A stretch of 64,000 bases of DNA. Source: an uncultured Gemmatimonadales bacterium. GTDB taxonomy: Bacteria; Gemmatimonadota; Gemmatimonadetes; Gemmatimonadales; Gemmatimonadaceae. A program made the translations under genes and the position numbers. Shown piece by piece: positions 10,023-19,786 of the stretch (position 1 is its first letter; every line of letters starts with the position of its first letter). The DNA is taken from contig OY969695.1 in the NCBI GenBank assembly GCA_963701965.1, positions 2,656,001 through 2,720,000 of the forward strand, read 5' to 3'. The notes beneath the pieces are model-generated. The model had not been told where the DNA came from. It saw only the letters and a list, made by a program, of their open reading frames with translations, and did no database searches.

Positions 10023-11499
10023 TCAGCCGGCGCGCTCCCGTCGCGCGGTGACGCGCAAATGTTCGCCGATCGGGTCGTCCGGCGGGGTGAGATACCCCCA
10101 CGCCAGCGATCCCTCTTGCCGATACGTCTTGCCGAGCTGGATGGCGATCTTGGCCTTGGCCAACTCTTTCCCCAGGTAGAACGCGTGCGTCGGCTCTTCG
10201 ACGCCCAGCTGCGCGAAGATCGCCTGGATGTCGGTGCCGCGGACGAAGCGCTCGCTGTTGAGCACCGTGATCGTATCCCGATCCGTGAAGATGCGGAAGT
10301 TCGCATCCGTGATGGACGCTTGCAGGGTCCGCAGCTCCGCCTCGGAATAGGCGAGGAGATCCGGGTCTTTGACGGTCACCAGCCGATCATCAATGTGCTT
10401 CGGCAGCGATTGCTTGGAGACCGCGTAGTGCATGAGACGGCGCGCGACGTCGAGCTCGCGGACGGCGCCCCGGGCCCAGGGAATGACTTCCGTGGTCAAC
10501 ACGCCGCGGACGCCGGTCTCCTGGGCGATGGCCATGAGGATCGCGTTGACGCCGGTGGTATCGGCCGCGGTGAGCTCGGTGAGATTGCCGATGCCCATGA
10601 ACAAGGGCGCGTCGGGAAACCGGCGATGGGCCTCGGCGAACCGTTCGATCGACGCCGTGAACCCGAACCCGATCGGTTCGATGACGGGGTCGATGAGATA
10701 GGGCACGCCCCACTGTTCGAGCGCCGCGATCGTCGGGTCGATGGTCGCGAGACCGGCGCCGAGGTCGGGAATGGCTACCACGCGGGCCCCCGATCCCGCG
10801 ATCTCGCGGGCGACATCGCGATTCGCGCCGTGGATGCTGAGCACGAGGGTAGCCCCGGCGCCGACCGCCGTCAGGATTTCGTCGCGCTCGAAGCTGTCGA
10901 TACTGAGGCGGAGTCCGAGACCGACCAGCTCGCGCACGAGGTCGGCGAGCTCGGGAAACGGGCGGCCGGGTGTCATCCCGAGATCGATGATGTCGGCGCC
11001 GCTGTCGCGGAAGTACTGCTGCCTGGCGCACCACCTCGGCCCGCGACAGCCGCGGCACGTTGTTGATCTCGGCGACGATTTCGATGTCGTAGGCGCCGTA
11101 CTCGCGCGCGACGTCCGCCCGGCCAAACCACGTAGGGATTTCGCGGAGGTCCTTTGGCCCTTTCACAACGGCGACGCCGACCTTGTCGGTGATGACGGCC
11201 GGATCGCCTTCGCAGAGGCCCGGGATCATCACCAGGTCGGTGCCCGCGGGCACTTCCAGAAACCGCGCGATCCACGGCGTGGTCATGAGGGCCGCGACGG
11301 TGATCTTGAGCGGCACGACCGAGTAGGCGAACCCGGGCGCCATCGCCGTGAGCGTCTCGCGCAGCGCGGGCTCGGCCAGCCGCCCGGTCACGAATGCGAC
11401 TGACCGGGCGTTGCTAACGATCCCGGCGACGCTTCGCGTCGCGAGATCCAGTGTCGGTTGGACCGATCCCGGCTGCGCCGGGATCCTAGCCGCGCTTAT
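10023..11499 (-). CDS. Orf20-like dihydropteroate-synthase-related protein (DUF6513/pterin-binding/DUF4346); +1 frameshift at ~11020; start read as ATA, probably ATG
   Basis: FVTGRLAEPAL, ITVAALMT, GPKDLREIP, GADIIDLG, MGIGNLTELT and HAFYLGKEL across ORFs 10390..11775 and 10023..11126. Confidence 0.82.
11419..11485 (-). repeat. ~66-bp double-hairpin element, copy 1 (in frame near the 5' end of the Orf20-like gene)
   Basis: Reverse complement matches 20681-20746 at 62 of 66 nt; hairpins gatcccggc-GCA-gccgggatc and gcgacgc-GAA-gcgtcgc. Confidence 0.9.
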
Positions 11500-11858
11500 C
11501 GCCGCTCCCCGCTCTGCACCCACTTCGTCGGCGTGCCCTCGAGCGCGCCGCCGGGTGTCGGGCGCCACAAGGCGACGTCCTCGATCTTCCGTGCGAGATC
11601 GAGATCTTTGCCAGTGATGCCGCCGGCCGAGTGCGTCTGCAATTTCACGCCGACGCGGGCCCAGGTGACGCTCAGGTCCGGGTGATGGTTTGCGGCCTCG
11701 GCGAGATACCCGATGGTGTTCACCAGCATCAGCGTCGTGCGCCAACCGTCGGTCTTGTAGTACCGCCGTACCCATCCGTCCTCGTAATACCAGCCGGGGA
11801 GGGCCGCGAGTTGACTCTCGATCTCGGCGTCCGTGAATATCGGCTCTTTCTTGGTCAC
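11496..11858 (-). CDS. Pterin-4-alpha-carbinolamine dehydratase family protein
   Basis: AEAANHHPDL and THSAGGITGKD motifs. Confidence 0.9.
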   Translation of the reverse strand: MTKKEPIFTDAEIESQLAALPGWYYEDGWVRRYYKTDGWRTTLMLVNTIGYLAEAANHHPDLSVTWARVGVKLQTHSAGGITGKDLDLARKIEDVALWRPTPGGALEGTPTKWVQSGERR

Positions 11859-12617
11859 ATCACGACTCCTCCATTAATGAGCATCGTTTGACCGGTGATG
11901 AACGACGCGGCGGGTGACGCGAGGTAGACAGCGGCGCCGGCAACGTCGTCCGGCGTGCCCCATCGCCCGAGCGGGGTGGCGTCGCTTACCTGTCGCCGGC
12001 GCCCGGCGTCGAGGCCGGCAGCGAACGCGGTGTCGATCCACCCTGGCGCGAGGATGTTCACCCGGACCTTTGGGGCAACCGTGCGGGCGAGCGACTTACT
12101 GAAGCTCAGCACGCCGCCCTTGACGGCGGCGAACATCTCCGGGTTCCGGCCCTCCATCCCCGCTAAGGCGTGGTCCCAGCTCATGTTGATGATGACCCCG
12201 CCCGCGGGCTGCGCGGCCATCAGATCGGCGGCGGTCCACGATGCGAGCATCGTTCCGCGGCAGGTCGACCGTCAGGAGTCGGTCGAGCTTCTCGTGGGTC
12301 GGGAGCGCCGCGCCGGCGCCGGTCAGAATGTCGGCGCCCGCGTTGTTGACCCAGACGTCGATCCGGCCGGCGGCCGCTCGGGCCTGCCTGGCCAACGCCG
12401 TGATCGACGGCTGGTCCGCGAGGTCCAGCGGGAATACGTAGGCGCGGCGGCCTTTGGCGCGAATGGCCGCGGCGACGGACTCGGCGTCCGTGGCATCCCG
12501 CCAGTAAGTCGCCACCACATCGGCGCCCGCGTTCGCGCAGGCGAGCGCGATGGCGCGGCCGATCCCGCTGGATGCGCCGGTGACGAGCACCACGTGACCG
12601 ATCAGGCTCTCTCCCAC
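11855..12617 (-). CDS. SDR-family oxidoreductase with atypical FxxxK motif (+1 frameshift at ~12258)
   Basis: TGASSGIG, NNAG, EMFAAVKGG, VNILAPGWI and TPLGRWG across two ORFs. Confidence 0.85.
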
Positions 12618-12649
12618 ACCGGGCCTCTCAGGTGTTAGCGTAAGCTAGC

Positions 12650-13564
12650 ATGCGACTCCTGGTCAGTGTGGCGGACGCGGCCGACGCGTACGCGGCAGTC
12701 GACGGCGGCGCCGACATCGTCGACGCCAAAGACCCGACGCGCGGCGCCCTCGGCCCCGTCTCGCCGGCGGCGCTTCGCGCCATCATCGGCGCCGTTGCCG
12801 GCCGGCGGCCAGTCAGTGCCGCGATCGGCGAGATCACGGACGGCATGCTCGGCGCACGCGCCTTCGGCGCGGCGCCGCACTGTAAGCAAGCCGGCATCGC
12901 ATCGCCGCCACTCGTCCAAGGCGACTTCGCGTTGTCCCCAGTCGTGCACGGCGATTTCGCATCGTCGCAATTCGTCCCGGGCGACATCGCGCTGCCGCCA
13001 TTCGCCCAAGGTGAATTCGCATCGCCGCCACTCGTCCGAGGCGACATCGCGCTGCCGCCATTCTCCCACGGCGACTTCGCATCGCTGCAATTCGTGAAAG
13101 TCGCCTTCGCGCCTGGGATGTCGGCGACGGCGGCCGCGAAGCGGGCCGCCGAGATGATCGACGTGGGGACCGTGCGCTGCGTGTTGGCCGCCTACGCCGA
13201 TGCCGGGCTGCATCGCGATGACGTCGTAGAGATCGCCGCGCAGATCGGCGCGTCGGGCGTATTGCTCGACACGTTCGATAAGACCGGTCCGGGTCTCTTC
13301 GACGTGGTCGACGACGACACGTTGGCGCGCTGGGTCCGGGGCGCGCAACGGGCGGGGTTGACCGTCGCGTTGGCGGGGCGTCTCTCGGCCGCTGAGCTGC
13401 CGCGGGTGGCGGCGCTCGGTGCGGACATTGTCGGCGTGCGCGGGGCCGCGTGTGTGGGCGGCCGCGAGGCCCAAGTCTCGCCGGCCGCTGTCCGCGCGCT
13501 CCGCGCTACGATCCAGCGAGAAACCGCTCCCATGCCGGATTGCCGCGCAGCGGCCAGTACGTGA
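12650..13564 (+). CDS. mfnB: (5-formylfuran-3-yl)methyl phosphate synthase-like protein (DUF556) with internal repeat expansion
   Basis: MRLLVSV, GADIVDAKDPxxGALG, FVKV, LLDTFDK, ALAGRL and DIVGVRGAAC motifs. Confidence 0.87.
   Translation: MRLLVSVADAADAYAAVDGGADIVDAKDPTRGALGPVSPAALRAIIGAVAGRRPVSAAIGEITDGMLGARAFGAAPHCKQAGIASPPLVQGDFALSPVVHGDFASSQFVPGDIALPPFAQGEFASPPLVRGDIALPPFSHGDFASLQFVKVAFAPGMSATAAAKRAAEMIDVGTVRCVLAAYADAGLHRDDVVEIAAQIGASGVLLDTFDKTGPGLFDVVDDDTLARWVRGAQRAGLTVALAGRLSAAELPRVAALGADIVGVRGAACVGGREAQVSPAAVRALRATIQRETAPMPDCRAAAST
12899..13096 (+). repeat. In-frame 30-bp tandem repeat (6 units plus a partial) inside mfnB
   Basis: Encodes ASPPLVQGDF ALSPVVHGDF ASSQFVPGDI ALPPFAQGEF ASPPLVRGDI ALPPFSHGDF ASLQFV. 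Confidence 0.92.
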
Positions 13565-16166
13565 TGTCGGTCCGCGCGGACCACAGCGAGAATCCCGTCT
13601 TGAGCGTCATCAGCCGGCGCAGGTGCGCGATGGCGGAATCGGCCATGCCAATGGTCCCGAACACGGCCGCAACAGTCTGCTCGAAGTTCGCCCGCTGCGG
13701 ATCGTCAGCGCTGAGCGAATCCGCGTAGCGCTCGAGCGAGATCACCTGTTGCATGGCCTTCGGGCGGTCGCCGCGAAATGAGTAGCCCCATCCAAGCAGC
13801 TGATAGCGGGCGAAGATGAGCGGGCCGGTCAAGCGCGGCGACAGCCCGATGCGCACGACCGAATCCCCGTACGCGCGCGCCGCCTGCTGATCGCCGAGCG
13901 CGAGCACCGCCAGTCGCTTCGCGATATAGAACGTGCTGGAATCCAGAAACTGCCCCGCGTGCGCGTCCTCGAGCGACATGTGCTGCAGTTTTTCCCAGCC
14001 CGTGCGGCCAAAGTTCGTGTACTGCGTCGCCAGCGTCACGGTCATCACCACGCCGCGCGCTTCGGCCGTATCCATGGTCCGGCGTCCCGCCGCCGTGTCT
14101 CCGCGCCCGTCGATCTCGGCGTTGATGCGCCAGCTGTACCCGATCGACGACGTCGGCGCCAACGCGATATACCGATCCGCGTACCGTTCCGTCTCGGCGT
14201 AGCGGTGATAGTTGTACGTCTGACCGATGACCCGCTGCAGGGTGACGAGTGCCCGCGGATCCAGCTTCACGGCCTTGGCCAGGTTCGCGAACCCCTCCGT
14301 CGTCTGGCCTTGGACGATCTGCGCGCTGCCGAGACGCGAGAGGAGATTCGCATCGTTGGGCCGCAACGCCTGGGCCCGCGTCAACTCCTCCATCGCTCGC
14401 GCCTTGTCCTTCAAGAAGAAGTCCAGGTAGAAGGCGCGGACCGCGTGTCCGTCGGCGAGACCCGGCTTGAGCGCAAACGCCGAATCCAGGGAGCGCTTCG
14501 CGGACGCGAGGCGACTCGTGTCGGAGATATCCAGAATGGCCCAACTGAATTGCGCATCGGCGAGCTTGGCGAACGCCAACGCGAACGATGGGTCGAGATG
14601 TGTGGCCTCCCCGAACGCGCCCATGGCCTGGCGAATGTTCTCGGGGGAGAGCTCGTTAATGGTCTGGTCGAACGCCTCTCCGCGCATGTACGCATCGTAC
14701 GCCCGCGGGTTGGCCGTCGGGCGATCCACGAGCGCCTTCTGCTCGTCGCCGTTGAGCGTGACGTTGAGCGCGTCGGCGACCTCGGTCGCCACCTTCGTCT
14801 GCACATCGAACACATCGGCGGGCGAGACCTGGTACGGTCCGCCCGCGGGCTTCGTGGTCAGATCGTTCGTGCTCACCAGCGATGGCGAGATCTGCACCAG
14901 CGGCGCGCCCTTCTCGTTCGACGCCCAGCGCACGGTGCCTTCGAGCACGTACTGGACCCCGAGCTCGCGGCCGATCTGCCGCACCGATTTCGTCGTGTTC
15001 CGGTACTGTCCGGCGCTCCGCCGATCGATGACGCCGAGGTTGTGCAGGCTCGCCAGGCGATTCGTGATGGCCTCGGTAAGCCCGTCCGCGAAATACGCGT
15101 CCGACGCCGGTCCCTGATTCTCGAACGGCAGGACCGCGAGCATGGTCTGCCCCTTGGGCGTATCGAACCGCTGGCGATGCAACAGGGTCCAGGCGCCCGC
15201 GGCCACCGCCAGAAACGCCGCCGCGACCGCGGCGACGCGAGGATGCGAGGGCCGCCGGCTCCCCCGGCCGGCGGGAACCGCCGCGTTGGTCGGCGTCCAC
15301 GTGCCGCTCGATGTGGGGATCGAGTCCAGCACCCGGATGATCTCGTCCGCCGATTGCGGGCGGTCGGCCGGCCGCTTCTCCAGGCACCGCATGACCACCG
15401 CGCCCAGCGCCTGCGGGATCGCCGGGCGGCGCCGGGTGACGGATTCCGGCGTCTCTATCGCATGCGCGGCCAACATCGCCTGGGCCGGTCGCCCGGCGAA
15501 CGGCGGATCGCCTGTCAACAGCTCGTACGACATCGCGCCGAACGCGTACAGGTCGGCCCGGTGGTCCGTCGCCGGATCGGCCGCGGCCTGCTCCGGCGCC
15601 ATGTACGCCGGGGTGCCGAGCGCGACGCCGAACTGCGTGAGTTGCCCCTGGCCGCTCATCGTCGCCGCGGCATTGAGCGCCTTCGCCACCCCGAAATCGG
15701 TGACCATTGCCGACCCGCCGGAGATCAGCACGTTGTCCGGCTTGATGTCGCGGTGGACCACGCCGTTGGCGTGCGCATAGCTCAGTGCCGACGCTACTTC
15801 GCGGAGCACCCGCACGGCCTCGCCGACGGGCAGTTCGCCGCCCTTGGCCAGCCGATTTCGCAGGGACTCGCCGTCGATGAACGGCATCGTGAAGTACGGG
15901 AGACCGCCCGACTCGCCCGCCGCGAGCAACGGCACGATGTGCGGATGCTGGAGCCGCGCCGCTACCTGGATCTCGCGGCGGAACCGTTCCACATTGAGGC
16001 CCTCGGCCAGCTCCGGGGACATCACCTTGATCACGACCGTGCGCGCCAGCACCGTCTCTTCGGCCACGAAGACGCGCGACATGCCCCCACCGCCGAGCTC
16101 TCGCTCGAGGCGATAGGCGGTTCCCAGGGTCGATTGGAGGCGGGCGCGGAGCGCGTCGTCGGTCAC
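13506..16166 (-). CDS. Hanks-type Ser/Thr protein kinase with TM segment, TolB-N-like and TPR regions
   Basis: LGGGGMSRVF, HRDIKPDN, DFG and GTPAYMAPEQ motifs; LAVLPFEN domain; helical repeats. Confidence 0.93.
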   Translation of the reverse strand: MTDDALRARLQSTLGTAYRLERELGGGGMSRVFVAEETVLARTVVIKVMSPELAEGLNVERFRREIQVAARLQHPHIVPLLAAGESGGLPYFTMPFIDGESLRNRLAKGGELPVGEAVRVLREVASALSYAHANGVVHRDIKPDNVLISGGSAMVTDFGVAKALNAAATMSGQGQLTQFGVALGTPAYMAPEQAAADPATDHRADLYAFGAMSYELLTGDPPFAGRPAQAMLAAHAIETPESVTRRRPAIPQALGAVVMRCLEKRPADRPQSADEIIRVLDSIPTSSGTWTPTNAAVPAGRGSRRPSHPRVAAVAAAFLAVAAGAWTLLHRQRFDTPKGQTMLAVLPFENQGPASDAYFADGLTEAITNRLASLHNLGVIDRRSAGQYRNTTKSVRQIGRELGVQYVLEGTVRWASNEKGAPLVQISPSLVSTNDLTTKPAGGPYQVSPADVFDVQTKVATEVADALNVTLNGDEQKALVDRPTANPRAYDAYMRGEAFDQTINELSPENIRQAMGAFGEATHLDPSFALAFAKLADAQFSWAILDISDTSRLASAKRSLDSAFALKPGLADGHAVRAFYLDFFLKDKARAMEELTRAQALRPNDANLLSRLGSAQIVQGQTTEGFANLAKAVKLDPRALVTLQRVIGQTYNYHRYAETERYADRYIALAPTSSIGYSWRINAEIDGRGDTAAGRRTMDTAEARGVVMTVTLATQYTNFGRTGWEKLQHMSLEDAHAGQFLDSSTFYIAKRLAVLALGDQQAARAYGDSVVRIGLSPRLTGPLIFARYQLLGWGYSFRGDRPKAMQQVISLERYADSLSADDPQRANFEQTVAAVFGTIGMADSAIAHLRRLMTLKTGFSLWSARTDITYWPLRGNPAWERFLAGS

Positions 16167-16726
16167 GGTACCATAAGATTATGCCAGACCTCGTCGGAGG
16201 CGAGCGCGATGTTGAGCTCGCCGGCGCGGCCGGCGGCCAACACGCGGGCGTCCAGGGCCTTGGGTCGGGCGCACGGGAAGTAGCGATCCGTCGCCCCAGG
16301 TACCGCCGCCGGCTTGATCAAAAGGAGCCGCCGGGCGCCGACGGCGCCGGCGATCCAGGCGGCGATGCTGTCGCTGGTGACATCCCAGGAGTGGGGCAGC
16401 GGATCGGCGGCCCGGAGCCACCGGTACGGGGCGAGGATGCCGAGCCCCCCGAATGGGGGTCGATCCGCCACGACCGCCTGTGGGAGGCGCGACGCCAGCA
16501 CCCAGGCGTATTGGTCCATGGCGAGAATCGCCGCCCAATGGGCGGCGTCCGCGCCCAGCCCCAGTGTCCTATCGACCGCACGCACGGCGTCGGCAAACGG
16601 ACCACCGCCCGGGACGATCAACGTTCGGCCATTGGCGGGAATGCTGGCGAGCTCGGCCACAACCGCATCAAAAAGCGGGCGATCCGCCAACAGAGCGCCG
16701 CCTACTTTCACGACAGTGTCGATCAC
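16163..16726 (-). CDS. Amino-acid/uridylate kinase family protein, MfnE-like (Orf21)
   Basis: VVKVGG, IVPGGGPFAD, AHWAAILAMDQY and LPHSWDVTSDSIAAW motifs. Confidence 0.85.
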   Translation of the reverse strand: MIDTVVKVGGALLADRPLFDAVVAELASIPANGRTLIVPGGGPFADAVRAVDRTLGLGADAAHWAAILAMDQYAWVLASRLPQAVVADRPPFGGLGILAPYRWLRAADPLPHSWDVTSDSIAAWIAGAVGARRLLLIKPAAVPGATDRYFPCARPKALDARVLAAGRAGELNIALASDEVWHNLMVP

Positions 16727-17751
16727 GCCCGGGCCAGGAGGAGCGCGACCGCCGCGGCCGGCGCACATTCCGCGGCGGCGACGCCCAGCGTGTCGGAGAG
16801 CGCGATCGGCTGCAGCCCTGCTTGGCGGCAGGCCGCCTCGGCGATCGCCGCGCCGATGCCGGCAACGACGCCCGTGGACAGCGAGGGGTGGCGCTCCCGG
16901 ACCCGGGCGATCGCGCCCGCGGTGCGCGCCACCTGCGCGTCGCCGACGTACGTGGCGATGGCATTGATCGCCTTTTCGTCCAGCATTTCCCGGTCGGCGC
17001 ACACGACGCGGGCGATCCGCTCGGCCGCGAACGTACGCGCCGCGGGGCGGCCATCGGGCGTTGGCGCCGTGTACACCGTGGAACTGATCGTTCCGCGCCA
17101 CACGTGCACATCGCCCACGAGCGCGAAGCCCTCCGCGCTCACGCCGGCCCAACCAGCGCCCAGCGGCACCGCCCGCACGATCGCTTCGACCGGTGTCCGC
17201 ACCGCGCCCAGGTAGACCAGCTCACCCGATGCCAGACGTTCGGGATCGGTATGTCCCTCGGCGACGACCCGCCCGTCGACGATCGGGATGATGTCGGTCG
17301 TCGTCGAGCCGATATCGACCAGGACCGCATCCGGGACGTGCGCGGCGACCATCTGCGCCATGGCGACCCAGTTGGCGGCCGCCACGGCGAGCGGCTCGCG
17401 CCGGGCCGACTCGACCGTGAGCCAGCGGCCGTCGGTCGTGAATACCGCGATGCGGGCGCGCGGGAACGCGGCGGCGACGCCATTGAGCACAAACGCGACC
17501 CCTTCGCGCTTCGTCCGAAAGGCCTGTGACAGCTCGGCGGTCATGGTCACCGCGTGGGCCTCTTCGCCGATCCCCCCGATCTCGGCGGCGAGCGTGGTCA
17601 AGAGCCCGGGCAACGCGCCGAGGTCGCGCTGGATCTCGTAGGGCCGCGACCGCACGGCGACCACGCCGGGCCGCCCCGCGGCGTCCACGCCAACGCCGGC
17701 GACCTTGGTGTTGACGCCACCGATGTCCCAGCCGATTACCGTACAGGTCAT
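16723..17751 (-). CDS. Hydantoinase/oxoprolinase-family protein, MfnF-like (Orf9)
   Basis: GWDIGGVNTK, AVTMTAEL, AAANW, DIGSTTTDIIP and GELVYLGAVRTP motifs. Confidence 0.88.
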   Translation of the reverse strand: MTCTVIGWDIGGVNTKVAGVGVDAAGRPGVVAVRSRPYEIQRDLGALPGLLTTLAAEIGGIGEEAHAVTMTAELSQAFRTKREGVAFVLNGVAAAFPRARIAVFTTDGRWLTVESARREPLAVAAANWVAMAQMVAAHVPDAVLVDIGSTTTDIIPIVDGRVVAEGHTDPERLASGELVYLGAVRTPVEAIVRAVPLGAGWAGVSAEGFALVGDVHVWRGTISSTVYTAPTPDGRPAARTFAAERIARVVCADREMLDEKAINAIATYVGDAQVARTAGAIARVRERHPSLSTGVVAGIGAAIAEAACRQAGLQPIALSDTLGVAAAECAPAAAVALLLARA

Positions 17752-18436
17752 GCGGCTCATTGGGGTGATCGACTTGGCCGGCGGGCAAGCGGTCCACGCG
17801 CGCGGAGGGCAGCGGGCCGCCTACGCGCCCGTTCGATCCGCGCTTTTACCTTCCGGCGGCGGCGCCGATCCCGTTGCGCTGGCGCGCGCCTATCTCGATG
17901 TGCCGGTCGCGGAAATATACGTGGCCGATCTCGATGCGATCGCCGGCGACGAGCCGGCTTGGGATACGGTCGAGGCCCTGTCGCGGCTCGGCGTGCCGGT
18001 CTGGATCGATGCGGGCCAGCGCTCGGTCGAGGTCGCGGCGGGAGCGCCCACGGTGCGGGCGGTGATCGGGCTCGAGACGTTGCGCTCATGGCACGAGCTG
18101 GCAGCGCCAGGCGCTGCCTTCAGCCTCGATCTCCGACGTGGCCGCCCACTCGTGGGCGACGAGCCGCCCGCGGCCCTGGCGCGGCGCGCAGTGGCCGCCG
18201 GCGCTTCCGCCATCGTCCTGCTCGACCTCGCCCGCGTCGGGTCGTCAACCGGGCTCGACTGGGTAACGGTCCAGGAAGTCCGTACGTCAACGATGGGGGT
18301 GGAACTCATCGTCGGCGGAGGCGTACGGGACTCACAGGACGTGGATCGGCTGGCGGATCTGGGCTGCAACGGAGTCCTCGTCGCAACTGCCCTCCATGAG
18401 CGTCGCCTTGGGCACGGAGTTTTCCTGAGGACTTGA
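17750..18436 (+). CDS. HisA/HisF-related TIM-barrel protein (Orf17-like)
   Basis: IGVIDLAGGQAVHA, YVADLDAI, LLDLARVG, VGGGVR and LVATALH motifs. Confidence 0.85.
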   Translation: MRLIGVIDLAGGQAVHARGGQRAAYAPVRSALLPSGGGADPVALARAYLDVPVAEIYVADLDAIAGDEPAWDTVEALSRLGVPVWIDAGQRSVEVAAGAPTVRAVIGLETLRSWHELAAPGAAFSLDLRRGRPLVGDEPPAALARRAVAAGASAIVLLDLARVGSSTGLDWVTVQEVRTSTMGVELIVGGGVRDSQDVDRLADLGCNGVLVATALHERRLGHGVFLRT

Positions 18437-18439
18437 GGG

Positions 18440-19084
18440 ATGAGAAAAGCGACGGCGGTATTCGTGGCGGCGATAGCGGCCGGGGTCGCCACTGGCGGCG
18501 CCCTACCCGCGCAAGCGGTGCGGCTGGGAGTGGTCATGGATGGACCACGGCAACAGCTCATCGAAGCGTGGAACGATGCGAACCCGCGGCAGGTCGAGCG
18601 CGCGTACTGCGTCGTCGATTGGTCGTTTGGCGTCTACCATGTTTCGCGCACGCCGCCGATTCAGGATGACACGGTGTTCCGCGTGTTCGCCATCAAACCG
18701 ACGGACGTGTCCAACGCGACGCCCGCGTCCGCGGACTTCGAGTGCCCCACCGGGAGCCCGGAGTTGCACGTGCACACGCCGACGACGTGTATGGGCGACG
18801 ATGTCGACACGTGCCGGCTGGGCGGCCTCAACGCATATAGCTGTCAGCCGAGCCGCAATGATTACGAGAAGCTCGTGCGCCGGCACGACACGTTCGGTGT
18901 GATCCAGTGCGACCGGCGGTCATTTCGCTTCTACTATCCGAGCGACTACGCGACGCCCGACGAGACGTGGCTGTCGAGCGCCGCGGGCAAGCCGCCGGAG
19001 GTCAAACAACGGCCCGGGAATCTGACGCCGGCCATGAAGCCTGGATATGAGCGTCAGCCCCATCAGGGCGACCAACAGCCCTAG
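18440..19084 (+). CDS. Secreted Cys-rich protein with a degenerate JAB/MPN+ (JAMM) motif
   Basis: Signal peptide ending AQA; PRQVERAYC (Glu), ELHVHTP (HxH) and PSRND (SxxD) in JAMM order, with a Cys-rich insert. Confidence 0.6.
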   Translation: MRKATAVFVAAIAAGVATGGALPAQAVRLGVVMDGPRQQLIEAWNDANPRQVERAYCVVDWSFGVYHVSRTPPIQDDTVFRVFAIKPTDVSNATPASADFECPTGSPELHVHTPTTCMGDDVDTCRLGGLNAYSCQPSRNDYEKLVRRHDTFGVIQCDRRSFRFYYPSDYATPDETWLSSAAGKPPEVKQRPGNLTPAMKPGYERQPHQGDQQP

Positions 19085-19267
19085 TGTCTGGTCGTATCCT
19101 TCGGCATTCTGTTGGTGCGCCATGCCCGTGTCGGTCGACGCCGCTGGCGGCGGCTGCGTCGCTGCCGCGCCCGTATCGGCCATTGCGCCACTGCTCGAGT
19201 TCGATGTTCGCCCCCCGCTGCAGGCGGTGAGCAAGGCGGCGACTGCTATCGCTGTCACGTATCTCAT
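19081..19267 (-). CDS. Small lipoprotein (~61 aa; +1 frameshift at ~19108)
   Basis: Lipobox LTAC. Removing one A from CAGAATG gives ...QMPKDTTRH* ending at 19081. Confidence 0.65.
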
Positions 19268-19344
19268 GGATTGTGCTCCCCGAAGTTGGATAGTCCCCGA
19301 AACCACGGTGTTTGAGCAAGTACCGGACCCATTAGGTTGCAGAC

Positions 19345-19786
19345 ATGGATCGTCGCGCATTCCTTTACGCTGGTACGAGCGCAGCTGTAGGACTGCTGTT
19401 CCGGCAGCCTGACGACGATGAGCCGACGGAGGCCGTGAAACGCGTATTGGCTACGCGCTTCGGGTCTCGTCCGCTGACCAAGGGGCATGTGCAGTTCGAC
19501 ATTCCCGAAAACGCGCCCGATGGCCGCGCGGTGCCGGTATTCATCGAGACGGATTTACCGATGACGCCGGAGCGTTACGTCAAGGCGTTCCATCTCCTTG
19601 TCGACCACAACCCGGACATTTATCTCGCCGGGTTCACGTTCTCTCCGGCCCTCGGCGCGGCGTCGATCGACACGCGCATCAGAGATGCGGCGCACGTCCT
19701 ATGTGCGCGCCATCGCCGAGATGTCGAGTGGCGAGTTGTACGTGTCGGCGAAGAAAGTGTTCGTTTTGCTCAACGGGTGCGGCTGA
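19345..19786 (+). CDS. SoxY-like sulfur/cargo carrier with Tat signal and C-terminal NGCG (+1 frameshift at ~19682)
   Basis: MDRRAFL; PENAPDGRAVPV; LVDHNP; TRIxMRRTS; ends KVFVLLNGCG (canonical SoxY ends VxxGGCGG). Confidence 0.85.

Noticed and set aside
11410..11470. Integron attC site (GTCCAAC ... GTTAGC on the minus strand; linker resembles an attC L-box)
   Set aside because: No complementary L' box, the other copies lack a GTT core end, and there is no integrase or cassette organisation.
13959..16283. Long antisense and alternate-frame ORFs (also 43740..46268, 50942..52603 and others)
   Set aside because: These are shadow ORFs expected from high-GC codon bias opposite real genes; they are Arg/Gly-rich with no motifs.
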